From IMG/VR virus record IMGVR_UViG_3300037307_000895: a stretch of 64,000 nucleotides of DNA. The stretch is one strand, 5' to 3'. The notes under the pieces were generated by a model. It was not told the DNA's origin. It saw only the letters and a list, made by a program, of their open reading frames with translations, and ran no database searches. Made by a program: the position numbers and the translations under genes. Below, one piece after another: positions 1 through 9,070 of this stretch. The stretch's first letter is position 1. Each line of letters begins with the position of its first letter. This DNA is from an uncultured virus (IMG/VR IMGVR_UViG_3300037307_000895). Its lineage: Duplodnaviria; Heunggongvirae; Uroviricota; Caudoviricetes.

Positions 1-993
1 TTACAACCATTTACCAGTGGCAAAACATATGATTTAGAATTTGTTACAGGCGACAATGACTTCTTAAAATTAACAAATGCGGGAAATCCTTTCAGTATTT
101 CAAATTTAATATTCGGTAAAATATTAAAAGATTTTATATCATCTAAAAATCCAGATACAATCAATATTGAACCTACTCCACCCGAAGATGAAGCTAGTAG
201 ATATGATAATAAAAAACACTCTAAATATTACCTTTATTTAAGAACATTAAATAGAGAATTCAAAAATTCTGATTGGAAAATCATAAAGTTAGAATATGGT
301 TCTGAATATGAAGATGTTAAGAGAATATTATTAATAAACACCAAATCTGATTTTTGGAAAAATAATATTGATGACTTTTTAAATTCTTTAAATAATAAAA
401 TAAATGAAGAATTGAGAGTAACTTCAAGAACATCTGGTTCTGGCCGAACAAAAGAGGTGGATGTCATTTTAGATGATCCATCCTCACCAAAGACATTAAG
501 TTCATATGTCTTATTAAGAAAAAAATTAAAGGAAGAAGAATTAGAAAGTGAACTAGCGGAATTAACAGGAGTATCACAAACTAAATCATCTCCGAAAAGA
601 AAGATAAATTTACATAAAATTAAAACATCTATTGTACGTCAACACGAAAGAAGAATGGATAGATTGGTAATATTGATTAATAATATGAATTTCTTAAAGG
701 ACCAACTAGAAGAAAATGGCATCTTAAAATGTGAATATTGTGGTGGTGGACCTCTCTATATCTATGATCCATTTACAAAAGAAGAACATCAAGATGATCA
801 AAATCAGTATATTAGATATTCTAATTTTAAATGGAATGGAGCAACTTGTGACCATAAAAATCCAAGGTCTAAAGGGGGTGATGTCTTTGATTATGATAAC
901 TTAGCTGTTTGTTGTAGGAAATGTAACCTTAAAAAAGGAGCTAAAAGCTATAACAACTGGATAGAAATAATCAAAAATAAAAAAGGAAGATAG
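1..993 (+). CDS. 5'-truncated protein with C-terminal HNH endonuclease domain
   Basis: Frame 1 is open from base 1 to TAG at 993 (the track's 412 start is internal); CEYCG...TCDHKNPRSKGG...NLAVCCRKCNLKKG HNH signature. Confidence 0.8.
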   Translation, partial: LQPFTSGKTYDLEFVTGDNDFLKLTNAGNPFSISNLIFGKILKDFISSKNPDTINIEPTPPEDEASRYDNKKHSKYYLYLRTLNREFKNSDWKIIKLEYGSEYEDVKRILLINTKSDFWKNNIDDFLNSLNNKINEELRVTSRTSGSGRTKEVDVILDDPSSPKTLSSYVLLRKKLKEEELESELAELTGVSQTKSSPKRKINLHKIKTSIVRQHERRMDRLVILINNMNFLKDQLEENGILKCEYCGGGPLYIYDPFTKEEHQDDQNQYIRYSNFKWNGATCDHKNPRSKGGDVFDYDNLAVCCRKCNLKKGAKSYNNWIEIIKNKKGR

Positions 994-1000
994 TAAGTCT

Positions 1001-1009
1001 TAATATATA
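1001..1009 (+). promoter_or_regulatory. TAATATATA motif, putative phage (late) promoter element
   Basis: Same 9-mer recurs upstream of gene starts at 9042, 21864, 28969, 29697, 42092, 53672 (+) and 3574, 42023, 53619, 62781 (-). Confidence 0.5.
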
Positions 1010-1107
1010 ATTAATAACTGTTCATTAACTTATGTCGAGTAATTCCGGGTTACTTTGAGTGTTTGAAAAGACACAAAGATATAGGTCCAAAAATCAAGAA
1101 TAGTAAA

Positions 1108-2043
1108 ATGAAAGCAATCAAAACAAGATCTCACGCAGATCAAAAACCAAATGCATGGGTAGTTAACCCAAAAGACCGTGGAAGAAAGTCAATTAAAAAA
1201 GACAACAAAATCTATCTAAAAGACGGTCAAAATTTCGAAATCGAATTATTTAATCCTCTCACAGAGTCGGTTTTAGCTGAAATTAAAGTCAATGGAAAAT
1301 CGGTATCATCAGCAGGTTTAGTTTTAAGACCAGGTGAAAGATTCTATTTAGACTGTTTTATAGATGACAAAAAAAAGTTTGTCTTTAAAACTTATGAAGT
1401 AGAAAATTCAGAAGAAGTAAAAAATGCCATATCAAAAAATGGTATCGTAGAAGTTTTCTTTTACAAGGAAGAGACTCTTAAAGTGAATAACTGGAAAACT
1501 ATTATACATCCAGTTATAGAAAAACACTATTATCCTTATTATCCCTGGTATCAACCATATTGGTATTACGGAACTGTCTATGGCGGAACAACCACAAATA
1601 CAGTTTGTATCAATAATGGTGATCTAACTTATGGTTCATCCTTAAATAATAATTATACTTTAACTTCTAATGGTACTAATAATTTAATTGTTGGATCAAC
1701 TTTGAATAATAGTTATACTTCTAATGCTTTTTATTCTAATTCAAATTCAACACCTATAAGTTCTAATTATTCCTCTAAGATAGAAACAGGAAGAATAGAG
1801 AAAGGAGAAAAATCTAAACAACAATTTCAAGAAGTTGATATGAACTTTGAAAGTTATTACATATCAAGTGTAATATATCAAATTTTACCAGAATCTCAAA
1901 AACCAATTGAAACTAAAGAAATAAAAAAAGAAGTTAATCAAAATAATTTCTGTTCAAAATGTGGTAGAAAATCACAAAAGGATGAAAATTTCTGTCCTCA
2001 ATGTGGAAATAAATTGAAAGTGGTAGATGTTGTTTTAGTCTAA
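1108..2043 (+). CDS. Hypothetical protein with Tyr/Pro and Asn/Ser-rich middle and C-terminal zinc ribbon
   Basis: ATG at 1108 preferred over TTG at 1063; C-terminal CSKC...FCPQCG. Confidence 0.7.
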   Translation: MKAIKTRSHADQKPNAWVVNPKDRGRKSIKKDNKIYLKDGQNFEIELFNPLTESVLAEIKVNGKSVSSAGLVLRPGERFYLDCFIDDKKKFVFKTYEVENSEEVKNAISKNGIVEVFFYKEETLKVNNWKTIIHPVIEKHYYPYYPWYQPYWYYGTVYGGTTTNTVCINNGDLTYGSSLNNNYTLTSNGTNNLIVGSTLNNSYTSNAFYSNSNSTPISSNYSSKIETGRIEKGEKSKQQFQEVDMNFESYYISSVIYQILPESQKPIETKEIKKEVNQNNFCSKCGRKSQKDENFCPQCGNKLKVVDVVLV

Positions 2044-2048
2044 AAAAG

Positions 2049-2077
2049 AAAGAGAGGGGTTAAACCCTCTCTTTTTT
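2049..2077. terminator. Bidirectional intrinsic terminator
   Basis: aaagagaggg/ccctctcttt stem flanked by A- and T-tracts between convergent genes. Confidence 0.8.
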
Positions 2078-2078
2078 A

Positions 2079-2462
2079 TTACCAAGATATTTTTATTAAA
2101 TAGGTTCCTTCTTCAAGGTATCCATCTTCGTATAAACAATCAAATATATAACCAATTGAATACATTGGGTATTTACCACTTCTTATTTGTTCTTCTTTCT
2201 TTTTATCGGGGTACCTATATTTAGAAGGAACAGTTTGCTCTACATAAGAACTATTTCCCATTTCTTGTATTGCTACTATCTCAAGATTACCACCATAAAT
2301 AGAATTGACAAATTGCTCAAAATCGCTATAATCAACTTCTAAAACAGTCTTCTTAACTACATTTAATTTTTTAAATTCTTTTTCTTCTGGCTTTTTAGGA
2401 TTCTTTGCCCAATCTGAAAAAGATTTTTGAATATCACTTTCAAATGTTTTAATATTTTTCAT
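2079..2462 (-). CDS. Hypothetical protein with N-terminal MKNIKTFES tag
   Basis: ORF 127 aa; shared N-terminal motif. Confidence 0.7.
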   Translation of the reverse strand: MKNIKTFESDIQKSFSDWAKNPKKPEEKEFKKLNVVKKTVLEVDYSDFEQFVNSIYGGNLEIVAIQEMGNSSYVEQTVPSKYRYPDKKKEEQIRSGKYPMYSIGYIFDCLYEDGYLEEGTYLIKISW

Positions 2463-2468
2463 TATAAT

Positions 2469-2987
2469 TTATTTAATTTTTCTAACAACAAATTCTTCGT
2501 TCGATAAGAGGTCTTTTAAAAATTGATATTCAATTTTATTTTTATTTTCATCGTGTGTCTTATTGACTATATTCTTCATGCCTTGCATAAGAAAAGCTTT
2601 AGTGATTCTATTAAATCCTTCTGCCCATCCTATTACGTCTCTTTCATCAAACTGTTCTGTAAAAAATACTTCAAATTTAGTATCAACATAAGCCTTGTCA
2701 CCTTCAATTTTAAAATCAAGGTTATCAAAAAAAAGATTTTCGATTTCTACTCCCTTGGCCAATTGCCATTTAGCCAAAGGATATTTATCATACTCCTCTT
2801 TCATTTTTTTATTATGTTCTTCTTTAAAATCAAGATGTTCTGTGTAAGTATTAATATCTAAAAGTTTATCAACATCATCTGATGTCAACCCATTTAGTTT
2901 AGCATGTGATTTTACTGTAACCCTCCATAAATTAGTTTCCTTTGGGCCCTTTTCTTCAAATTCGGCAAATTCTTTAATTATTCTCAT
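2469..2987 (-). CDS. Hypothetical protein (N-term MRIIKEFAEFEE)
   Basis: ORF 172 aa in tightly packed minus-strand run. Confidence 0.7.
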   Translation of the reverse strand: MRIIKEFAEFEEKGPKETNLWRVTVKSHAKLNGLTSDDVDKLLDINTYTEHLDFKEEHNKKMKEEYDKYPLAKWQLAKGVEIENLFFDNLDFKIEGDKAYVDTKFEVFFTEQFDERDVIGWAEGFNRITKAFLMQGMKNIVNKTHDENKNKIEYQFLKDLLSNEEFVVRKIK

Positions 2988-3550
2988 AGATTTAAATGTC
3001 TTTTTAACTTTTCTAACATCAATTCAGTAATTACATCAGAAGAATTTAATGAATTCAAATATTTTACATCTATTTTGCCTGTTTTAGACATATCTTCAAA
3101 TTTTGTACCATCGCCTTTTATCATAATTTCATGGTAATCATTTTCAGTTAAAGTCAATATACAGGGGAAATATCTTGTTGAAGTGTGTTTAGCAACAAAA
3201 AGTGGTTTATCGAATTCGATTTTAAAATCCTCTCTAAGAACAATACCACCTTCCTCTTGTAACTCTCTCAACAATGCCTCTTCTGGAGTTTCACCCATTT
3301 CAATTCCACCACCAACTAGAGCTAAATGATACTCCTGTCCGGATGCATATTTATATGATGGAATATATTCTTCCCTAACAATAATTTGATTAGTTTCTAT
3401 CAAATATGGAATACAGATAACACCATCTTTTTCGCTAACTACTGTATAATCTTCATAGTTTAAAATTTTTAAGTAGTCATTTTGAAATAAAATATCATCC
3501 TCTTCCTTTTTTACCAAACCTTCTGGTTTTAATTTACTGAATTTATTCAT
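2984..3550 (-). CDS. NUDIX hydrolase
   Basis: Nudix box GGGIEMGETPEEALLRELQEEGG. Confidence 0.85.
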   Translation of the reverse strand: MNKFSKLKPEGLVKKEEDDILFQNDYLKILNYEDYTVVSEKDGVICIPYLIETNQIIVREEYIPSYKYASGQEYHLALVGGGIEMGETPEEALLRELQEEGGIVLREDFKIEFDKPLFVAKHTSTRYFPCILTLTENDYHEIMIKGDGTKFEDMSKTGKIDVKYLNSLNSSDVITELMLEKLKRHLNL

Positions 3551-3626
3551 TAATTTATAATAATTTTATAATCTATATATTATTTTACAAAATAAAAAAG
3601 GGTAATGTGATAATTACCCAAATAGA

Positions 3627-3815
3627 TTAACTGATTGCTAAATCTTTAATTTCATCTTCAAAATCTTCGTAATCGATTTTGTTCAAATCTAATTCCATTA
3701 GAATATCATCAATAATATCCATACGAACTTCAATTTCGTCAGTTTCAAACAATTCGTCAAGAAGATCATTGACTTCGGGAATGTTGAATTCTTCAAGTTT
3801 TTTAATAATGTCCAT
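3627..3815 (-). CDS. Small very acidic protein
   Basis: 62 aa, D/E-rich; start overlaps the ligase stop. Confidence 0.55.
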   Translation of the reverse strand: MDIIKKLEEFNIPEVNDLLDELFETDEIEVRMDIIDDILMELDLNKIDYEDFEDEIKDLAIS

Positions 3816-4456
3816 TAAAATTTATAGTTTTTAGTAGGTTTACGTGCCTTTACTTGTGATTTAGAGTTATTATTTTCAGTTGTACCCAATTCCAACTTTG
3901 CATTTTTGCGTTTCATAACTAGTCCTTCAACCATATCAATCTTAGATAACTGATTGAAGATATTCAAGAAATCATTATCGTAACTTTTAACACGATAAAT
4001 GTTTTCAGTAAATTGATAGAGATAACTTTTATTACATTCAGTTTTACCATATAATTCATCCAACAGAGAAACTCTTTCTTCAAAAGTAGTTCCCACCATA
4101 TATTCTGAATTATAAACCAAAATATCAAAAATAATCAGTTTGTGATTAAATACTTCACCCTTTTCATCCCTTTTAGATTTATTAAGATATTCACCATTAA
4201 TAACAATCCACTCACCTGGTTGACAAACTGAATAGAGTTTCTCCATTTCTTTTCTATCGAGTTGAAAATTTGTCAAGTTCTGACTATGACGGTTCATTGG
4301 AATAAACTTCTGCCCGTTCATAAAAAGAACGCAGTTAGAACCATTCATCTTAGGTTGTGCAATCATCATACCATTATCCCATACGGGAATATTCTTAGTA
4401 GGAATGGCATTCTTTGGACGAGGCGGGTAGATATATGAATATTCTTTGTATTTCAT
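3815..4456 (-). CDS. ATP-dependent ligase-type nucleotidyltransferase (adenylation domain only)
   Basis: Motifs QPKMNG (I), INGEY (III), FDIL (IIIa), EGLVMK (IV), terminal K (V); ATG 4456 chosen because the track's TTG start lies in the promoter. Confidence 0.75.
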   Translation of the reverse strand: MKYKEYSYIYPPRPKNAIPTKNIPVWDNGMMIAQPKMNGSNCVLFMNGQKFIPMNRHSQNLTNFQLDRKEMEKLYSVCQPGEWIVINGEYLNKSKRDEKGEVFNHKLIIFDILVYNSEYMVGTTFEERVSLLDELYGKTECNKSYLYQFTENIYRVKSYDNDFLNIFNQLSKIDMVEGLVMKRKNAKLELGTTENNNSKSQVKARKPTKNYKF

Positions 4457-4460
4457 ACTA

Positions 4461-4492
4461 CAAAGATACAAAATTTATTTGAAATTGCCAAA
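4461..4492 (-). promoter_or_regulatory. Bacteroidota sigma70-type promoter (-33 TTTG / -7 TATCTTTG)
   Basis: caaagata 4461-4468 and caaa 4489-4492 on + strand, 20-nt spacer. Confidence 0.75.
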
Positions 4493-4598
4493 TCTATTGA
4501 TAATCAATGATTTATACGATTTCTAATGTTTTTAGACTTTTTAACAATCTTATATGCTGTGAAAATCAAGCAAAAAGATAATATAATTCCTAATATTA

Positions 4599-4994
4599 TC
4601 ATCTTAATATATCGTTTATAATTAAATCTCTTCTTTTTGAGTTATTTGAATATTTATCTTTCAAAGTGTTTATTCTATTTTCATGTTCTTCTTCTGTTAA
4701 ATCAGGAAATGTAGGAATATGACTAAATACATGGTCTGTAATATGAGGCAAAGTATACCAATTATCATCTCCAAAGTAATATTCAAATTCACAATATTGC
4801 ACATAGACAGACATTTTTTCTTTTTGGGTTAGTGAATTCCACCAAAAAGTATCATTAATTTTTTTACCAAAAGGAATAATTGACCTTTTTAGTGAATTTT
4901 TAACTACATTCAAATATCCATTATTATCAAAATCATTGGGCTTGTTTTGCCATTGATAATTTGATTTAATAGTATGTCTATCTTTATATTTCAT
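4599..4994 (-). CDS. Hypothetical protein, C-terminal RDLIINDILR tag
   Basis: ORF 131 aa; shared C-terminal motif. Confidence 0.65.
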   Translation of the reverse strand: MKYKDRHTIKSNYQWQNKPNDFDNNGYLNVVKNSLKRSIIPFGKKINDTFWWNSLTQKEKMSVYVQYCEFEYYFGDDNWYTLPHITDHVFSHIPTFPDLTEEEHENRINTLKDKYSNNSKRRDLIINDILR

Positions 4995-4995
4995 A

Positions 4996-5358
4996 TTAAT
5001 GCCAATATAAATAAATAATTAATTCATCAGGTAGTTCTTTTATAAAAGAGATAGCAGCTCGATTTGCATAACTCATAGGTTGATAATCTCTCAAAGCATC
5101 TTTTAAATATTTTGATTTAACTCCTTTAATTACATCTCCGTATGGAGTTTTATAAGTATCACCAAAGCAAACATCATCATAATATTCAGAACTTCCGGTA
5201 TAAGAAGTGATTGGATTGTCGATTTCGATTCCATATTTTTTTGAAGTTTCGTCGATAATATCAAAAAGTTTCCCGTCTCTACCGCAACTGATTAGAGTAT
5301 TAGCAAAATCGGGAGAACTTGTTGAATAAGATACTAATAAATTTAAATCAAGCCCCAT
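4996..5358 (-). CDS. Hypothetical phage protein
   Basis: ORF 120 aa, MGLD... start and ...YWH end. Confidence 0.65.
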   Translation of the reverse strand: MGLDLNLLVSYSTSSPDFANTLISCGRDGKLFDIIDETSKKYGIEIDNPITSYTGSSEYYDDVCFGDTYKTPYGDVIKGVKSKYLKDALRDYQPMSYANRAAISFIKELPDELIIYLYWH

Positions 5359-5792
5359 TAGGATAAAAGTGATTTAATGATTTCTGAAACTACTTTATTA
5401 TCAGCCTTACCTGATAGCTTCTTAGAGGCAATACCCATTACTTTACCCATTTCACGAGTAGATGTTGCACCTGTTTCTGTTATAACTTCTGAAACAACCT
5501 GTTTGATTTCGTCAATAGAGAGTTGCTTTGGAAGAAATTCTTCAATTACAGAAATATCTTCTATTTCAACTAAATATAGGTCTTCGCGGTTATTTGCTTT
5601 ATAGATATCCGCGCTTTCTTTACGTTGTTTAACCATTCGTTGTAGAGCAGTTAACTGCATTTCTTCTGTTACTTCTTTACCACTGGAGTTTAATAAATCT
5701 AATTGAGATTTGATACTCCTTAATGCTCGAAGTCGGCTTGCGTCTTTTTGAAGCATCGCCGACCTAATTTCCTTCATAATCTTTTCTTGCAT
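5358..5792 (-). CDS. yqeY: GatB/YqeY domain protein
   Basis: KQRKESADIY...REDL...E...IEEFLPKQLS...EMGKVMG...GKAD pattern of YqeY. Confidence 0.9.
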   Translation of the reverse strand: MQEKIMKEIRSAMLQKDASRLRALRSIKSQLDLLNSSGKEVTEEMQLTALQRMVKQRKESADIYKANNREDLYLVEIEDISVIEEFLPKQLSIDEIKQVVSEVITETGATSTREMGKVMGIASKKLSGKADNKVVSEIIKSLLS

Positions 5793-5857
5793 ACAATTAA
5801 AATTTTCTTAATACATAAATGCGAAATCGTCTTAGTGGTTGATAGTACTTTAATTTA

Positions 5858-6208
5858 TTATAAATATGTTCTATTCAGTAAATTCTTTTGTGAAGTAACT
5901 GAATTAAAAACGCTAGAATTAGAATCTGCAATTAACATTACACTACTACCATCCAATAAATCATAATAGTCAACAAATTCATACCCATTATCCCAATTAA
6001 TTTTATTATGTTTGATGTCCTCATTGATATCATCAATTTCATCTTGTGTCATATATGAATCTACAATCAACTCAATTTTAATTTTTTCATTAATGATGGT
6101 CAATTTAAAATCAATATCATCATAGTGTTCACCATATAATTGAAAACCCGGAATTTTAGCGGAGTTTACTTTTGTACCATCTTGCCTTTTAAAGTGTAAA
6201 AATTTCAT
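5858..6208 (-). CDS. Hypothetical protein
   Basis: ORF 116 aa in operon-like run. Confidence 0.6.
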   Translation of the reverse strand: MKFLHFKRQDGTKVNSAKIPGFQLYGEHYDDIDFKLTIINEKIKIELIVDSYMTQDEIDDINEDIKHNKINWDNGYEFVDYYDLLDGSSVMLIADSNSSVFNSVTSQKNLLNRTYL

Positions 6209-6209
6209 A

Positions 6210-6446
6210 TTAATTTAAAATTTTATCTATATTTTTATTTCTATTTGACTGTTTCACTAACATTAGTGTCTTTTCATATCTATTAAGATATTCTGGAATT
6301 TCAAGATGACTTTCTAACGCAAGTTGATGTGGCTCTGATATTTTAGCTGCGCATCTATTTGGTATTTTAAATACATCAGCATAATATGCACAATATGTTT
6401 TATCATCTTCAATTTTTAGACATAACCTACAATCTAAACAAATCAT
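6210..6446 (-). CDS. Small Cys-rich protein with C-terminal RNKNIDKILN tag
   Basis: CxxCxxC...C...C; shared C-terminal motif. Confidence 0.6.
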   Translation of the reverse strand: MICLDCRLCLKIEDDKTYCAYYADVFKIPNRCAAKISEPHQLALESHLEIPEYLNRYEKTLMLVKQSNRNKNIDKILN

Positions 6447-8296
6447 TTTAACATATTTTCAAGTTGTTCAACGGTGATAATTTCGATACCGAGTTCAATA
6501 GCTTTCTTTTCTTTAGAAGAACCACTACCAACTGATTTCATTACAAGATGTGTAGTATTTTTAGACACACCATTTGAAATTTTACCTCCTCTTGATTCAA
6601 TTTCTTCTTCCAAATCTGACCTACGAACACCAGTAAATACAAAAACCTTACCAACCATATCATCACCTGTCAAAAAGACTTTAACAGATTCTTCAATAGT
6701 AATAGGTAAATCTTTTATAAAATTAAAGAATTCATCATAACTATCTACATAAGATTTAGCAGAAATTTCAGCAAAACCTTCGATAGACATAACATCTACA
6801 ACATTCGGCTTTTTAGTAAAATGTTCCAACAAAGCCAACTTTTTAGATCCAAGTCCTTTAAAGATGCCAGTAGCATGTTGTAATTTTGACAGAGATACAC
6901 CTTTAATACAATTCTGAATAGAAGTGTGCACCAATTCAGCTTTTCTTTTGCCAAAACGATAGATTTTAAGCATATCATTTTGTGTTAGATTTAAAATATC
7001 TTTAAGTGCAGAGTGAAAAGATGATTTATCTACCAAATCTTCCGCATCCCAAAACTGTTTAATAATACCTTCTGATACACCTTTAGCCTCAAGAATTTCA
7101 AAGAAAGAAACTACACGTTTGAACTTTTGTTCATCGGTTTCAGTAGTAGTAACCAATTCTACACCATTTTCATTCCATTCAATATTAGGAACATCAGGCA
7201 TTACGAAGTCAACAGGATCAATAACATCCGCAATGATAGGAATAACCATTCCCGACCTTTTAACAAGAACTTTGGCACCTACACCAAGTCCAAGGTCTTT
7301 AACAAAACGAGCGTTATTACCTGTTACATTAGACACAGTAACACCATCCAATTTAACTGGATTAATATGAAGAGTAGGTTTAAGATAACCTTGTTTAGAA
7401 ATGTTCCACGAAATACCTGTAACTACAGATTCAGCAGATTGTTCAAAACTTGCGTGTTTAAAGGCACGAGCCCAAACAGGATTATTACTTGATGTTTCAC
7501 GGCCCAATTTTTCTTGAAGGATAAGGTCATTTATTTCAATAATCAACCCATCAATTTCATATTCAACTGACCACTTATGAAACAAATCGATAAGCATTGA
7601 TTCAGTTAAATCAGATATCTTACAAATGTGATAATTAACTTTAACCTTTTGATTTTCATTCAAAAAATCTAATATTTCTTGCTTTGTATCAAATGGATTA
7701 CCATCTGTAGATAATCCGTATTTAATATAATTACAATCTTTCAACGGATCAGTTGCCTCTTTTGAATTAAGTAAACCGCTAACTAAATTCCGGGGATTAG
7801 CAAAATCCTCAGAATATTTATCAATGAATACTTTTTTTGGCATCATTACTTCTCCAAATGTAAAAAATGATTTGAGCTTATATGATGTACCAGAAAGATG
7901 ATTTTGAATTAGATGATAATGATTATCAGATTTTTGGCCGTAGGTTCCATCACCACGGGTCCAAGATTCGTGGCTTATTTCATTAACACAAAGAGAGAGA
8001 CCATCAAATTTAGGTGTGATAATAACTTTTTCAGATTTAGGTATTGATTTTAGGCGACACCAATCATTGATGTCTTCCATAGTTTTTATTTTATTCATTG
8101 ACGCCATTTCAATTGGAAGGCGACTTTTTCTATCATCAGAAACAATGTGTCCAACTTTTGATAACAATTCATCATCAGGGGATAACATAGCTAATTCTTC
8201 CATCAGTGTATCATATTGAGCATCAGACATAATAGGTTTTCCGATACGATACATTTCATTTGCCTTGATAATCTTATTCCTAAGTTCTTGAATCAT
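6443..8296 (-). CDS. ligA: NAD-dependent DNA ligase
   Basis: Y...P.MSDAQYD (domain Ia), PKFDG, TRGDG, NPRN, IDG, OB fold, HhH, C-terminal BRCT (FVFTG...GG...VSKNT...SSKEKKA). Confidence 0.93.
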   Translation of the reverse strand: MIQELRNKIIKANEMYRIGKPIMSDAQYDTLMEELAMLSPDDELLSKVGHIVSDDRKSRLPIEMASMNKIKTMEDINDWCRLKSIPKSEKVIITPKFDGLSLCVNEISHESWTRGDGTYGQKSDNHYHLIQNHLSGTSYKLKSFFTFGEVMMPKKVFIDKYSEDFANPRNLVSGLLNSKEATDPLKDCNYIKYGLSTDGNPFDTKQEILDFLNENQKVKVNYHICKISDLTESMLIDLFHKWSVEYEIDGLIIEINDLILQEKLGRETSSNNPVWARAFKHASFEQSAESVVTGISWNISKQGYLKPTLHINPVKLDGVTVSNVTGNNARFVKDLGLGVGAKVLVKRSGMVIPIIADVIDPVDFVMPDVPNIEWNENGVELVTTTETDEQKFKRVVSFFEILEAKGVSEGIIKQFWDAEDLVDKSSFHSALKDILNLTQNDMLKIYRFGKRKAELVHTSIQNCIKGVSLSKLQHATGIFKGLGSKKLALLEHFTKKPNVVDVMSIEGFAEISAKSYVDSYDEFFNFIKDLPITIEESVKVFLTGDDMVGKVFVFTGVRRSDLEEEIESRGGKISNGVSKNTTHLVMKSVGSGSSKEKKAIELGIEIITVEQLENMLK

Positions 8297-8310
8297 AGAT
8301 ATAATTTTTC

Positions 8311-8341
8311 CAAAGATACGAATTTTTTTGATAAAAACAAA
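8311..8341 (-). promoter_or_regulatory. Bacteroidota sigma70-type promoter upstream of ligA
   Basis: caaagata 8311-8318, caaa 8338-8341, 19-nt spacer. Confidence 0.75.
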
Positions 8342-8385
8342 ACTATTTAAGTATATTTCTCAATAATATTTCTCTTTGTATCGAT

Positions 8386-8784
8386 CTATCCATAACACTT
8401 AGCTATAGGAACTTTTATTTTTTCTGAATGTATAGACCAATTATCAATTATGTCAATTGCTGAATTATTATTAACCACTAATGTGTATTCATTACCTACT
8501 AAAATTAGATATATAGAAACTTCTTCTGATATTTTTAAATAATATGAATTTATTTTACTAACATATTGAGAGGGAACTCTTGGATAATCAAAATCATACA
8601 TAACTGGAGACCAAGAATATTTGCTTGAACTTTTAACTTCTTTTTCTTTTCTTACTTCTGATAATGGTCTTAACTTATGTCCATATAAATACTTTCCGTC
8701 TATCTTTTCATCACGAAAATTACAGACAACAGTAGGTTCAATTTTTTTGAACCCCAAAGATTTTATTTTTTTAACATAATTCAC
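8386..8784 (-). CDS. Hypothetical protein, possibly 3'-disrupted
   Basis: ORF 132 aa; a tag-like C-terminus lies out of frame across and beyond its stop. Confidence 0.55.
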   Translation of the reverse strand: MNYVKKIKSLGFKKIEPTVVCNFRDEKIDGKYLYGHKLRPLSEVRKEKEVKSSSKYSWSPVMYDFDYPRVPSQYVSKINSYYLKISEEVSIYLILVGNEYTLVVNNNSAIDIIDNWSIHSEKIKVPIAKCYG

Positions 8785-9002
8785 TTTAATATTTTATTAA
8801 TTTTTTTATCTCTTTGATCTCGCAAAGGTATTTTACTCATTTTAACAAACCTTGTTTCACACAACATTCGACCTTCATCATCTTTTAAATCTAATCCCCT
8901 AATATCATCTTCTCCTACCACGGTAAATTCGTGTCCAATTTCATATACATAATAACCCATGTCAACTTTTTCGTCTAAACGAACTCTATCTCCAATTTTC
9001 AT
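8781..9002 (-). CDS. Small protein with C-terminal RDKKINKILK tag
   Basis: ORF 73 aa; preceded by TATCTTTG at 9027-9034 (-). Confidence 0.65.
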   Translation of the reverse strand: MKIGDRVRLDEKVDMGYYVYEIGHEFTVVGEDDIRGLDLKDDEGRMLCETRFVKMSKIPLRDQRDKKINKILK

Positions 9003-9070
9003 TTAAATATCAATTAAAAATTATATCAAAGATAAGAAAATTAATATATAACAAAAATTCTATTTTTAAA

